Assembly (NCBI GenBank): GCA_951406725.2
Contig: OX597818.1
Coordinates: 82,026,001-82,090,000, forward strand
DNA length: 64,000 bases
Direction: 5' to 3'
Origin: Octopus vulgaris
Lineage: Eukaryota
The notes under the pieces are model-generated. The model had not been told where the DNA came from, ran no database searches, and worked only from the letters and a program-made list of their open reading frames with translations. This document shows, piece after piece, positions 1-13,259 of the stretch (its first letter is position 1; each line of letters starts with the position of its first letter). The position numbers and the translations under genes were made by a program.

Positions 1-1118
1 ATTGTCACATTACATGTATATATATACAATCTTTGGTATATATATACAGCGTTTTGACAGCAAAAATTAAAATGGATTTTTTGTACATCTCAGAATATTT
101 TAAGTATGTTTTTACTGACCTGTCAGTATTAGCAGAAAGGCTGAACTGAGAGAACAGAAGAAGTAGCCAATGTGGTGTATACTTCCCCTTTATGCATGAA
201 TGATTTTGGGGTTATCAGGAGGTTAGTTTGTGGGTGTGAATAGATGTGTCAGTGCCTGCTGGTCAGATAGCGTCTGTTTGTCACACACATATATATACAC
301 ACAAACACACACACACACAACAACACACACACACACACACATAGTATACAAACACACACCACATACAAACAACACACACACACACAGAACACACACACCC
401 ACACACAACGCACCCACATATATCACATATACACACAGCACACAAATATAACATGTATCTATATATAACATACACAGATATATAACACACATACACACAC
501 ACACACACAACACACACACATACACACACACACAACACACGCACACATACATACATAATATAAATATCACACAAATACACCTAGCATATATATATACACA
601 CATAAAATACACACATACAGCATGTAAGTAATATACATACACAATATATGCATGCAATATACATACGCAATACATACATATAATATATATATATATAGAC
701 AATGCATATACATATATACACATATACATATAAATAGTGTTTACATACACATACATAGATGTACCACATATACACACAACACACATACATACAATGCATA
801 CACATACACGTACGCATACATATAATATATATATACACACACACACATAACATACATACACACACAATGCATACATATATATACACGCAATGCATATACA
901 TGTATTCATGCATATATAGCACACCTACAATATACATATATACAGTGCACACATACACACAAATATATACACTTAATTGTACACGTACATATACAATACA
1001 CATACATACAATATACATATACACAATGCGCATGCAAATAATGTACATGTTTATACACACATAAACATGCAAATAAATATACACACACACACATACACAC
1101 ACACACATATATATACAC

Positions 1119-1152
<34 letters not shown>

Positions 1153-1346
1153 ATACATACATACATGCACATACATATATTTTTTCACACACATACACAC
1201 ACATATATATATAAAAAAATTCACCACCCCCCACACACACAAATTAAAAACCTATAGCGTACACACTCAAATATATCTCTACATGCCGCACACACACACA
1301 AACAAAGTACTAACATATACACACATACCATGCATATACACACACA

Positions 1347-1383
<37 letters not shown>

Positions 1384-2005
1384 AAACAGATACATATGTA
1401 AATACATACACACGTACACAATGCTCACACACACACACACACACACATACACACACACCCGCACACAGTGCACACACACACACACATATATACACACGTG
1501 CACACACACACACACAACGCGCGCACACACACATATACACACACACGCACACAGTGCACACACACACACACACACACAACACTCACACACATACATCACC
1601 TACATATATATAATGCATGCGTGTGCATGCCACGTATGTGTGCGGTCAATGCCCGCTAGTGTGTCCTATGCGTGCCGATGCGCGCATGTGCCCGCCCGCA
1701 CGATATGCTGTGAGCGTGCGCGCGTCCCTGTGTGCTTGCTCTGGATGTGCTTCCAGGGGTATGTTAGAGTATGTTTAGTTGTGGTCTGTATTTTTGAATA
1801 AGATTACTTTCCTTATTTATTCGTGTTTGGTCTGTGGTGTTGTCCGAGCATTGGTATAGTGGGAAGACTAAGAATTTGGGGGACTTATTGTGTGCACAAA
1901 GGTCTAAGTGTCCACTTAGTGGTATCTGTCTTGTGGAGGGGTCCCTCAGTTGTTGTCGGTGAACTGTCATTCTGTCTCTGAGGGTAAGGCTCGTTTGCCC
2001 TATGT
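1..2005 (-). repeat. PLE1 3' pseudo-LTR copy (includes the end of the EN domain and a ~1.3 kb compound CA/TA tract)
   Basis: Position 1 aligns to 5816 and the match runs to TTTGCCCTATGT (2005 / 7845). Confidence 0.92.
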
Positions 2006-2690
2006 AGTCTTCGTGGCATCCTTCACACCTTATGACGTAGAGTAAATTTTTTGATGCGCACGTGAAGTTATTTTTTATGATGAATGTGTGTCCCGAGTGG
2101 AACTTGTACGACGATCCCTCAATGAGGTGGATGCAGGTCTTACAGTTGGGGCGACCACATTTTTTGATGGTGGGCGGTGGGTTTGTGTTGTGTAATTTTG
2201 CGTTGGTGAGGAGGTTTTTTAGGGATTTAGGTTGTCTCTTACTTTTTATTATTTTATGAGCTGCCAGTATTTTTTTCAGGCGTGGGTCTTGATTTAGTTG
2301 TGGAATGTTGTTGTATATAATAGTGTAAGCTTCTGCATTCCTTGGGTTGTGTGTTGAGAGATAAGGAGGCTATTGACTGTACTGTGGATGTGTTTGGGTT
2401 TTCGAAGGTCTTGAATGTTGATTGATTTGGCCCGTTCTATTCCGTTGTCTACTAGTGATGCCGGGTAATGTCTTTCGAGAAGAATTGCCCTTAGTTCCGG
2501 AGTCTTCTATTTCGTGTTGTGTCATTTGAGACAATAGTGCAGATTCTTCTCGCTAGGTTGAAGGGGATATTTGTCTTTGTGTGTTTTGGGTGATTGGAGG
2601 TGAATAGAAGGTATTGTTTAGAGTCAGTGGGTTTGTAATGGATGTCAGTTTCAATGTTGACGCCTTTTTTAATGATTAGGATGTCAAGAA
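1764..2690 (-). pseudogene. PLE1 RT thumb, Cys linker and GIY-YIG endonuclease (frameshifted)
   Basis: Minus translation gives PFLDILI..ETDIHYKPTDSKQYL..HPKH..NIPFNLARRICTIVS, then KCGRPNCKTC, then LLYVIRCEGCHEDYIGQT..RMTVH..GH..E..LIQKYRPQLN. It is out of frame with the RT ORF. Confidence 0.88.
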
Positions 2691-4037
2691 AAGGAGTTGG
2701 TCCTGACTATATTCCATTGTGAATTGAATGTTGTTATTTACACTGTTGATAAGGTTTTTGAAGTCTATAAGTTGGTCGAGTGTGTGGGACCATAGGATGA
2801 GGCAATCATCTAAGTAGCGTTTCCAGTTCTCCAACAGGTATTTGTGGAAAGACTGGCCGTACTTATATTTGGATTTTTCATAGATATGTGATTCCAGGTA
2901 GGCCATCACCAGGTTTGCATAGGTAGGTGCAACTGTCGTACCCATTGCAGTTCCTGAGACCTGTCTGTAAGTGTTGTTGTGGAAATACATGAAGTTGTTT
3001 TGCAGAATAAATTTGAGGCCCTCAATTATGAATTCTTTTTTAATTCTTTCCGGGATCTCATTGGGATATTTATCCAGCCAGAATTTAATGGCTTCCAGTC
3101 CAAATTCATGTGGGATTGTGGTGTAAAGATTAATAACATCAAAAGAAACGATTAAGGTGTCTTTATCGGCATGTTTGGGGAGATGGTTTAATAGGTCCAG
3201 GTCATCTCTTACAATACTTGGAATGTGTTTCAGTATTGGCTTTAAGATGATATCTATAAAGTTGCTAAGTCTGTGTGTTTCACAACTTGGGCCTGCCACT
3301 ATTGGTCTCAGTTTGAGATCAGTGGGATGTGGTATAGTGATGCAGGTTGAAGTGGACTTTTTGCAAGCTTCTGTGATAATTTGACTCTTGTGTATTTTTG
3401 GAAGCCCATAGAGTGTGCTGGTTTTGCAAGTAAATTTAGTAATGTAGTCGCATTCCTTTGCTGTCAAGTCATTCCGGTGTTGGTAAATGAGTGCCTTCAG
3501 ATTGGTCATTGTTTTGGATTGCTGGTAGTCGACTACTCTTTCGTAGTATGTGGTATCCTCTAAAAGGAGAGATACAGAGTTTTTATATTGCTCAGTATTC
3601 ATAACAACGACCGTACTACCCTTATCAGCTTCCTTTATTGTGACGTCATGATTGTCTCGTAGCGTATGGATGATTTCCCATTCTCTTTTACTGGTGTTGG
3701 GTTTGAGTTTAGGTTGTGGGAGTTCACCATAAGGGAAGTTGGAGATGTAATCGCAAAATTTGTCTAAGGTTTTGTTTTTGCCTTTTATGGGATTATAGTT
3801 GCTTTTGTTACAGACCATTGATTCGTCGTTATTATTAGTTTTTCTGTCAAAAAATTCCTCTGTGAGGCGTAATTTTCTGCAAAAGTGCGAGATGTCATCC
3901 TGTATTTCCCTCAGGTTAGGGTATTGCGGAGTTGGGGTGAATTTTAGTCCTCTTGAAAGGATTTTTATTTGTGGTGTCGACAGGTTTAGGTTAGAAAGAT
4001 TCACTATTTTTGGTTTTTCGGGGTTGGTATCTACCAT
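2676..4037 (-). pseudogene. PLE1 reverse transcriptase (frameshift near 2690 separates it from the thumb/EN)
   Basis: NLS..LS..RGLKFTPTP, KEADKGSTVVVM, YGLPKIHK, LRPIVAG, SFDVINLYTTI, GTAMGT..AP.YANL, WKRYLDD: PLE RT motifs. Confidence 0.93.
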
Positions 4038-4369
4038 CTGGTGTCGTGGAAACTGATGCCCTTGCCTAAAAAGGAATCCTGGGGTTCTTCTATTTGCGGT
4101 ATTTTGCTGTATGTGATTCTGTCCCCCGTTGACATGTCTGTTGAAGAGGTTTTGGTTGTTGTGATTCTGTCCCCCGTTGCTATGTTGTCTGTTGAGGAGG
4201 TTTTGGTTGTTCCAGGGTCTGGGTTGTTGGTGTGGCCTCCTGGAAGAGTTTTGGTTATTCCAGGGTTTGGGTTGTTTGTCCTGGGTGTAATGTTGGTTCC
4301 TTAGAGTGGGTTGGAAACTATATTCATGGTTTAGAAGTGAATTCCTATATGTTGGGGGAGAACTCTGAG

Positions 4370-5338
4370 TTAGGAGCGGTTTGGGTTGGAACTACAATCA
4401 TAGTTCAGAGATGGGTTTCTAAGTGATGGGTAGGATCTCCGAATCTGGAACGGTTCTTGTGTGGGTTGGGGTCTACGTTGTCTGGTAAAGTTTTGTCGTG
4501 TGATGATGGGTGTCTCGGTTCTTTTGATGGGATTGTAGTGCTGTCTGTAAGTTCTGTTGTTGTTGTTGTCGATGTTAGGGGTGGTGTGTGTTCGGTGTTT
4601 TGTGGTTGGTTTTCTTTGTTTTTGGCGAGGGGTGTGAGTTGAAGTAGATATTTTAAAATATGGGTTGCTTGAAAGGTGTTCCTTTGTGAACTCTGTTTCA
4701 TAATTGGTGAACCAGCTGTTTTTTTCCATTCGCTGGAGGGATGTTATTTCTTCATCCTCGCAGTTTTTTCTCCAGAGTTTGGTGGTTTCATCAAGGAGTG
4801 CTCCTTCACAGTGTTTTGAGATTTCAATCTGCATTTCATTGTCAAGGGTCTTGGATTTTTCTTCACTGGTGTTGGCTCTGAGCCGCAAGAGTTCTACTTC
4901 CGTTTTGAATTTTTCAAAAGCTAGTTTCTCACTGAGGTTTTTTTGGTTTTCTGGTTCATTTTGGATGGGTTTTATTTGTAGTTTTCTGGGTAGGATGATA
5001 GGGGTGGAGTTGAGCCACTTTTCATAAATGTCAGCTTTGTTGTTATTTTTTATGAAATTCCAGAAGGCAAACTTACGCGCTTTGAGATTTTTACTCCAGG
5101 TGTTGTTAAGAGAGCTTTTAATTGAGAAGCAGTCTTTAGTTTGCTCCTGCTTTGGGAGCACTGCCGTCTCTATGGATTTCATTAGGTTTTGCAGTGTTGG
5201 GATGATGTCAGGGATTTGATTGGTTGTTTTGGCCTCCATGAGTCCATTTAGGTATAAGTGCGATTGTTCGACTTTGTTTATTATGGTTGAAAGTTTCGAG
5301 GAGATTTCTTGTAATTCTTTTAGGATATTTTGGTTCAT
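4370..5338 (-). CDS. PLE1 ORF1, coiled-coil/basic protein of unknown function
   Basis: 322 aa ORF that is clearly homologous to 45441-46445 (RKFAFW..I.N.NKA.IY.KWL.STP...PRKLQIKPI). Confidence 0.75.
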   Translation of the reverse strand: MNQNILKELQEISSKLSTIINKVEQSHLYLNGLMEAKTTNQIPDIIPTLQNLMKSIETAVLPKQEQTKDCFSIKSSLNNTWSKNLKARKFAFWNFIKNNNKADIYEKWLNSTPIILPRKLQIKPIQNEPENQKNLSEKLAFEKFKTEVELLRLRANTSEEKSKTLDNEMQIEISKHCEGALLDETTKLWRKNCEDEEITSLQRMEKNSWFTNYETEFTKEHLSSNPYFKISTSTHTPRQKQRKPTTKHRTHTTPNIDNNNNRTYRQHYNPIKRTETPIITRQNFTRQRRPQPTQEPFQIRRSYPSLRNPSLNYDCSSNPNRS

Positions 5339-5487
5339 TAAAGATTCTGCTTGTTGTGATTTGGGTGGAATTTTCGGGACTCGTGTGATGTTTATATATA
5401 TATAAAAAAGTTGAGTTGTGGGGTATCGAACGAGTGGGATTATATAAGAAAAAAGGTTTGAAAATGCAATTTAAACGATGTTTATTT

Positions 5488-5528
5488 ACTTAACCGGTTT
5501 CACTCTTTGGTAAAAGATTGTCAAAAGT
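5488..5528 (-). ncRNA. Hammerhead ribozyme motif, U3-A8 core variant (PLE1 pLTR)
   Basis: Minus strand reads ACTT-TTGACAA-TCTTT tacc AAAGA gt-GAAA-CCGG-TT-AAGT: stem I ACTT/AAGT, palindromic stem III, 2-nt insertion before GAAA. Confidence 0.6.
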
Positions 5529-5544
5529 TACATTTAAGGAAACA

Positions 5545-5692
5545 TTGAATAATATGGGTTCAAAAAAAGTTTTTTTACATAATTGTCACATTGAATATTA
5601 TGCATTCAAAAAAGTTTTTTACATAATTGTCACATTGGATATTATGAATTCAAAAATGTTTTTTTATACATAATTGTCACATTACATGTATA
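5545..5692. repeat. ~43-45 bp tandem repeat, about 3.5 copies, in the PLE1 pLTR
   Basis: Repeated AAAAAAGTTTTTTACATAATTGTCACATTG.ATATTATG.ATTC, mirrored at about 9255-9400. Confidence 0.8.
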
Positions 5693-7161
5693 AATATAGT
5701 GTTTGGTAACAGAGAAGTTCAATAGTGTGATGAGAATATTTGGGAAAATTTGGCAGAAAAGGATAAAACAAATATATTATTGGGAATTGGTTGCGTTAAT
5801 TATTGGTTGTCGCAAATTGTCACATTACATGTATATATATACAATCTTTGGTATATATATACAGCGTTTTGACAGCAAAAATTAAAATGGATTTTTTGTA
5901 CATCTCAGAATATTTTAAGTATGTTTTTACTGACCTGTCAGTATTAGCAGAAAGGCTGAACTGAGAGAACAGAAGAAGTAGCCAATGTGGTGTATACTTC
6001 CCCTTTATGCATGAATGATTTTGGGGTTATCAGGAGGTTAGTATGCGGGTGTGAATAGATGTGTCCGTGCCTGCTGGTCAGATAGCGTCTGTTTGTCACA
6101 CCCATATATATACACACAAACACACACACACACAACAACACACACACACACACACATAGTATACAAACACACACCACATACAAACAACACACACACACAC
6201 ACACAGAACACACACACCCACACACAACGCACCCACATATATCACATATACACACAGCACACAAATATAACATGTATCTATATATAACATACACAGATAT
6301 ACAACACACATACACACACAACACACACACACACACACACACACAACACACGCACACATACATACATACATAATATAAATATCACACAAATACACCTAGC
6401 ATATATATACACACATACAATACACACATACAGCATGTAAGTAATATACATACACAATATATGCATGCAATATACATACGCAATACATACATATAATATA
6501 TATATATATAGACAATGCATATACATATATACACATATACATATAAATAGTGTTTACATACACATACATAGATGTACCACATATACACACAACACACATA
6601 CATACAATGCATACACATACACGTACGCATACATATAATATATATATACACACACACACACATAACATACATACACACACAATGCATACATATATATACA
6701 CGCAATGCATATACATGTATTCATGCATATATAGCACACCTACAATATACATATATACAGTGCACACATACACACAAATATATACACTTCATTGTACACG
6801 TACATATACAATACACATACATACAATATACATATACACAATGCGCATGCAAATAATGTACATGTTTATACACACATAAACATGCAAATAAATATACACA
6901 CACACACATACACACACACACACATATATATACACATATATATATATATATATATACACACACATACATACATACATACATGCACATACATATATTTTTT
7001 CACACACATACACACACATATATATATATAAAAATTCACCACCCCCCACACACACAAATTACAAACCTATAGCGTACACACTCAAATATATCTCTACATG
7101 CCGCACACACACACAAACAAAGTACTAACATATACACACATACCATGCATATACACACACA

Positions 7162-7218
<57 letters not shown>

Positions 7219-7848
7219 CAGATACATATGTAAATACATACACACGTACACAATGCTCACACACACACACACACACACATACACACACACCCGCACACAG
7301 TGCACACACACACACACATATATATACACACGTGCACACACACAAACACACAACGCACGCACACACACATATACACACACACACACAGTGCACACACACA
7401 CACACACACACACACAACACTCACACACATACATCACCTACATATATATAATGCATGCGTGTGCATGCCACGTATGTGTGCGGTCAATGCCCGCTAGTGT
7501 GTCCTATGCGTGCCGATGCGCGCATGTGCCCGCCCGCACGATATGCTGTGAGCGTGCGCGCGTCCCTGTGTGCTTGCTCTGGATGTGCTTCCAGGGGGTA
7601 TGTTAGAGTATGTTTAGTTGCGGTCTGTATTTTTGAATAAGATTACTTTCCTTATTTATTCGTGTTTGGTCTGTGGTGTTGTCCGAGCATTGGTATAGTG
7701 GGAAGACTAAGAATTTGGGGGACTTATTGTGTGCACAAAGGTCTAAGTGTCCACTTAGTGGTATCTGTCTTGTGGAGGGGTCCCTCAGTTGTTGTCGGTG
7801 AACTGTCATTCTGTCTCTGAGGGTAAGGCTCTGTTTGCCCTATGTGCA

Positions 7849-8577
7849 CATGTAGAGATATATTTGAGTGTGTACGCTATAGGTTTGTAATTTGTGTGTG
7901 TGGGGGGGTGAATTTTTTATATATATATATGTGTGTGTATGTGTGTGAAAAAATATATGTATGTGCATGTATGTATGTATGTATGTGTGTATATATATAT
8001 ATATATATGTGTATATATATGTGTGTGTGTGTATGTGTGTGTGTGTATATTTATTTGCATGTTTATGTGTGTATAAACATGTACATTATTTGCATGCGCA
8101 TTGCGTATATGTATATTGTATGTATGTGTATTGTATATGTACGTGTACAATTAAGTGTATATATTTGTGTGTATGTGTGCACTGTATATATGTATATTGT
8201 AGGTGTGCTATATATGCATGAATACATGTATATGCATTGCGTGTATATATATGTATGCATTGTGTGTGTATGTATGTTATGTGTGTGTGTGTATATATAT
8301 ATTATATGTATGCGTACGTGTATGTGTATGCATTGTATGTATGTGTGTTGTGTGTATATGTGGTACATCTATGTATGTGTATGTAAACACTATTTATATG
8401 TATATGTGTATATATGTATATGCATTGTCTATATATATATATATTATATGTATGTATTGCGTATGTATATTGCATGCATATATTGTGTATGTATATTACT
8501 TACATGCTGTATGTGTGTATTGTATGTGTGTATATATATGCTAGGTGTATTTGTGTGATATTTATATTATGTATGTA

Positions 8578-8641
<64 letters not shown>

Positions 8642-9483
8642 TTATATATCTGTGTATGTTATATATAGATACATGTTATATTTGTGTGCTGTGTGTATAT
8701 GTGATATATGTGGGTGCGTTGTGTGTGGGTGTGTGTGTTCTGTGTGTGTGTGTGTTGTTTGTATGTGGTGTGTGTTTGTATACTATGTGTGTGTGTGTGT
8801 GTGTTGTTGTGTGTGTGTGTGTTTGTGTGTATATATATGTGTGTGACAAACAGACGCTATCTGACCAGCAGGCACGGACACATCTATTCACACCCGCATA
8901 CTAACCTCCTGATAACCCCAAAATCATTCATGCATAAAGGGGAAGTATACACCACATTGGCTACTTCTTCTGTTCTCTCAGTTCAGCCTTTCTGCTAATA
9001 CTGACAGGTCAGTAAAAACATACTTAAAATATTCTGAGATGTACAAAAAATCCATTTTAATTTTTGCTGTCAAAACGCTGTATATATATACCAAAGATTG
9101 TATATATATACATGTAATGTGACAATTTGCGACAACCAATAATTAACGCAACCAATTCCCAATAATATATTTGTTTTATCCTTTTCTGCCAAATTTTCCC
9201 AAATATTCTCATCACACTATTGAACTTCTCTGTTACCAAACACTATATTTATACATGTAATGTGACAATTATGTATAAAAAAACATTTTTGAATTCATAA
9301 TATCCAATGTGACAATTATGTAAAAAACTTTTTTGAATGCATAATATTCAATGTGACAATTATGTAAAAAACTTTTTTTGTACCCATATTATTCAATGTT
9401 TCCTTAAATGTAACTTTTGACAATCTTTTACCAAAGAGTGAAACCGGTTAAGTAAATAAACATCGTTTAAATTGCATTTTCAA
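7849..9483 (+). repeat. PLE1 inverted pseudo-LTR copy
   Basis: Reverse complement of 5458-7099, followed by (TA)n. Confidence 0.92.
9413..9453 (+). ncRNA. Hammerhead motif (U3-A8), inverted pLTR copy
   Basis: ACTT TTGACAA TCTTTTACCAAAGAGT GAAA CCGG TT AAGT. Confidence 0.6.
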
Positions 9484-9853
9484 GCATATATATATATATG
9501 TATATGTACGTATCTATATACATGTGTGTGTGTATATATATAGTATATATATATATATATATATATATTTCAACAATTGAGGGTAAAATTAATTAATTAT
9601 TAATCAATTTCACCAAGTGTTCAGTATGCAAAGGGACCATTTAAGGCGAATTCAAATTATTACATTATATAAAAGGGCTTAGTAAAATAAATTACTTTGC
9701 CGCATACTGAACTCATTAGAAATAGCAGCTAAAAACTTTTTTAATGCTATTTCTAATACTTAAAGAAAATCTCTCTCATATATAGTGTTTGCTTAATTCA
9801 ACTCACAAAAGTTTGGGGTTAAGGACATCAAAAAATCAAATGCTAAGGTTATT

Positions 9854-9905
9854 TGAGAACGTACGTTTCAAGATTAGTCAAAACAACACTTCTATCATCA
9901 GCTCA
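9854..9905 (-). ncRNA. Hammerhead ribozyme motif, canonical C3-G8
   Basis: TGAG-CTGATGA-tagaagtgttgttttgactaatctt-GAAA-CGTACG-TT-CTCA. Confidence 0.75.
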
Positions 9906-10137
9906 GAAACTCCTTGGTTTGGATTTGGAAACACTGAAAGTAAGAACATACCCTTTCGAAGATCCGCTCGTAACTAACAGTGCCAACAAACCCAAATAAG
10001 CAAGCGAAGAATTTCTGTTCTCCCCTTTCCACCAGCGTGGGTTAAAATCATCAAACACTATGCTTATTTCGGTAAAATCCGAAGCATTAATTGGAGGGAG
10101 ATTAATTATAATTTCAACAATTGAGGGTAGGAGTTTC

Positions 10138-10189
10138 TGAGCTGATCATAGAAGTGTTGTTTTGACTAATCTTGAAACGTACGTTCTCA
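10138..10189 (+). ncRNA. Hammerhead motif copy with G8C substitution (probably inactive)
   Basis: Same as 9854-9905 except that the core reads CTGATCA. Confidence 0.55.
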
Positions 10190-10372
10190 AATAACATTAG
10201 CATTTGATTTTTTGATGTCCTTACCCCCAAACTTTTGTGAGTTGAATTAAGCAAACACTATATATGAGAGAGATTTTCTTTAAGTATTAGAAATAGCTTT
10301 AAAAAAGTTTTTTAGCTGCTATTTCTAATGAGTTCAGTATGCGGCAAAGTAATTTATTTTACTAAGCCCTTT

Positions 10373-10500
<128 letters not shown>

Positions 10501-11526
10501 CACTATGTGTGTGTACGGATATGTTTATGAATGTGTATGTAATTATGTACATATATGTGCACACAAACACATACACGCGCACACACAGTCACACACATAT
10601 ATGTTATACGTATGTGTAATATGCACGTATACGCGTATATGTGTAATTATATTCTTATGTACGTATAAGTATCCTACAGTTATTGTTGGCCGTATGAGAA
10701 CACAAATTCACACACTTCAACACTTTCGCAAAATTGTTAAGTATAGATATATTTCTTTCTAGAGACGCCCAACCAATCGCCACCGATTAGCAAAAATGGA
10801 TCTATATTAATTTCATTTATAGGTCTGATGGTTATGATATATATATATATATATATTATACTCTTTATATCTTATAAATGAATATTTTTATTCAATATTC
10901 AGTTATCTTATTTATTTTAATTTTCTTCACTTATTTCTGTGTTTACTTTATGTTATTTTCTATGTTTCTTTATTTTACGTTAGTAAACATTGTATTCTAA
11001 TCGATCTGTTAACATTCCCCCTGCACATAATATCAAAATAATAAATCATCATATTTAGTCTGGTGGTATGAACTGATACGTCCGCATGTACAATTTTAAA
11101 GTAAATGCTGTCTGTGATGACGTTATGCTCTAAAAATATAAATGCAAATTTAATGCGCAAATTTGTCATTTAATTTTGGACCACTAATCGAAACGGCTGT
11201 AAGAAGTAAAGATTACCAATTTGTTAATGAAGAATAAATATTAACTTTCAACCCTCCACTTTCTTTCCCCCATAATTACCAGTGGAGCACTGGGATCGAT
11301 GTAATCGACTTACCCAACTTTCAGATATTGCTGGCCTTGTACCAAAATTTCAAACCTATATCATTACATAGAAATATTTGTAGAGGATTTAAGCCTGCGA
11401 AATTCTCATCTCTAGAGCGTATATAGTTCAATGAGGAGCTGGAGAGATGTAAAAGCATGTTGCAGTGAATATAATTAAACTTGACACTGTATCAAATCTG
11501 TATCAAATCTACCAAATATTGCCTGT

Positions 11527-11578
<52 letters not shown>

Positions 11579-11614
11579 GTACGTATTTCACACTGAATCT
11601 CCCTGAACATTACG

Positions 11615-12324
<710 letters not shown>

Positions 12325-12632
12325 GGTGATTCAAAAGTCGCCATGCATAGGAACGATTTATCTTATATGAAAACAACATTGTAAAATCAGTAATGGTCAC
12401 TGCTGTAAAATCAGTCGGGTGGCAGAAAAATATTTTATGTGTGCGTGTGTTCGTCTAATCATGCCTTGTCAAAGAAACCCCCCGTCGGCAAAACAAACCA
12501 CCATTCGTCTCCCAGGAGTAATTCCCCTCGCAATGGTTAATCATATTTCTCTTAAAAGCTATTTCAGAATTTATTTCCAAGGGCTATTTTCATATAAGTA
12601 GTGTAACCGGGTGCAGGTATTATTTATAAGCG

Positions 12633-13259
12633 TTATTTATAAGCAAGATAAGTATAACGCCGCCAATGGGGGCATCGAAAAGCCGACTGTAAAAGTCCGT
12701 TTACCATCCGGTCTCTGGCGAACAATATATGGAAGAGTTCGGAGACACAAAGGTTGCACTTCCTTCTGCCCCTGTCAAATGGGAGGGCCACCGACAAAAT
12801 TGACCATTCCAGTCTGTAGCTTGAGTTCGTATTCTTCAATCGCCATATTAGCTTGCTAAGTCCCGTGGTCTGGCATTTATTCACGTCTCGAAAAGTTGCG
12901 TAATGGTTGGAGATTCGTGAGGCCAATCTTGACGATGAGGCTCCGACATAAGCGTAGACATCTGAGTCCGTGTAAACCTTACATTGGTAGACGGCGTTTC
13001 TGATCTTGGAGTTCACCGACGTGAACCTTATTCTATTAGGATTAGTTTCTGAAATTAGAACTGCGTTACTGTTACTATATTTGTTGCGAGAACTGCAGCC
13101 GCTTACTACTTTATTTTCCACTACGTCACTATTAACTAACGGAATAACCCCTGAATCTACACTATCACTCAGAGTGCTGTCATTGCTAGTGCCCGTGGTG
13201 CTGCTATTGCCGGAAACGATGCCCCATATAATACACCTAATATTCTTTAAATAGTCAGA
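12633..13259 (-). pseudogene. 5'-truncated Naiad-type PLE GIY-YIG endonuclease
   Basis: NAVYQC.V......YVG......RISNH..TF...TGLSKLIWRLK...LEWSIL...KCNLCVSE.....RCPH: the Naiad-type EN signature. The frame stays open upstream to about 13259 (KNIRCII). Confidence 0.8.

Larger units (their letters stand above)
5400..7845 (-). repeat. PLE1 upstream pseudo-LTR (direct orientation)
   Basis: Direct repeat of 1-2005. It begins inside the GIY-YIG coding region and ends at a short (TA)n tract at about 5395-5405, next to ORF1. Confidence 0.9.
1..9483 (-). mobile_element. Penelope-like retroelement PLE1 (Neptune-type RT + GIY-YIG, with upstream ORF1), with tandem and inverted pseudo-LTRs; continues beyond the window start
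   Basis: Minus-strand order ORF1, RT, GIY-YIG. 1-2005 is repeated directly at 5816-7845, and 5458-7099 is repeated in inverted orientation at about 7849-9483. This is the typical PLE partial-tandem/inverted pLTR arrangement. Confidence 0.93.

Noticed and set aside
223-1801. Many 60-240 aa Cys/Val/Tyr/Ile or His/Thr ORFs here and at 5.9-9.0, 15.5-16.0, 39.8-40.5 and 57.4-58.6 kb
   Set aside because: They are translations of stop-free (CA)n/(TA)n microsatellites and are not genes.
11105-11205. Possible hammerhead TCT-GTGATGA...GAAA-CGGCTG-TA-AGA
   Set aside because: The 3-8 positions are G and G, and no convincing stem II spans the ~70 nt gap. At best it is a decayed relic.
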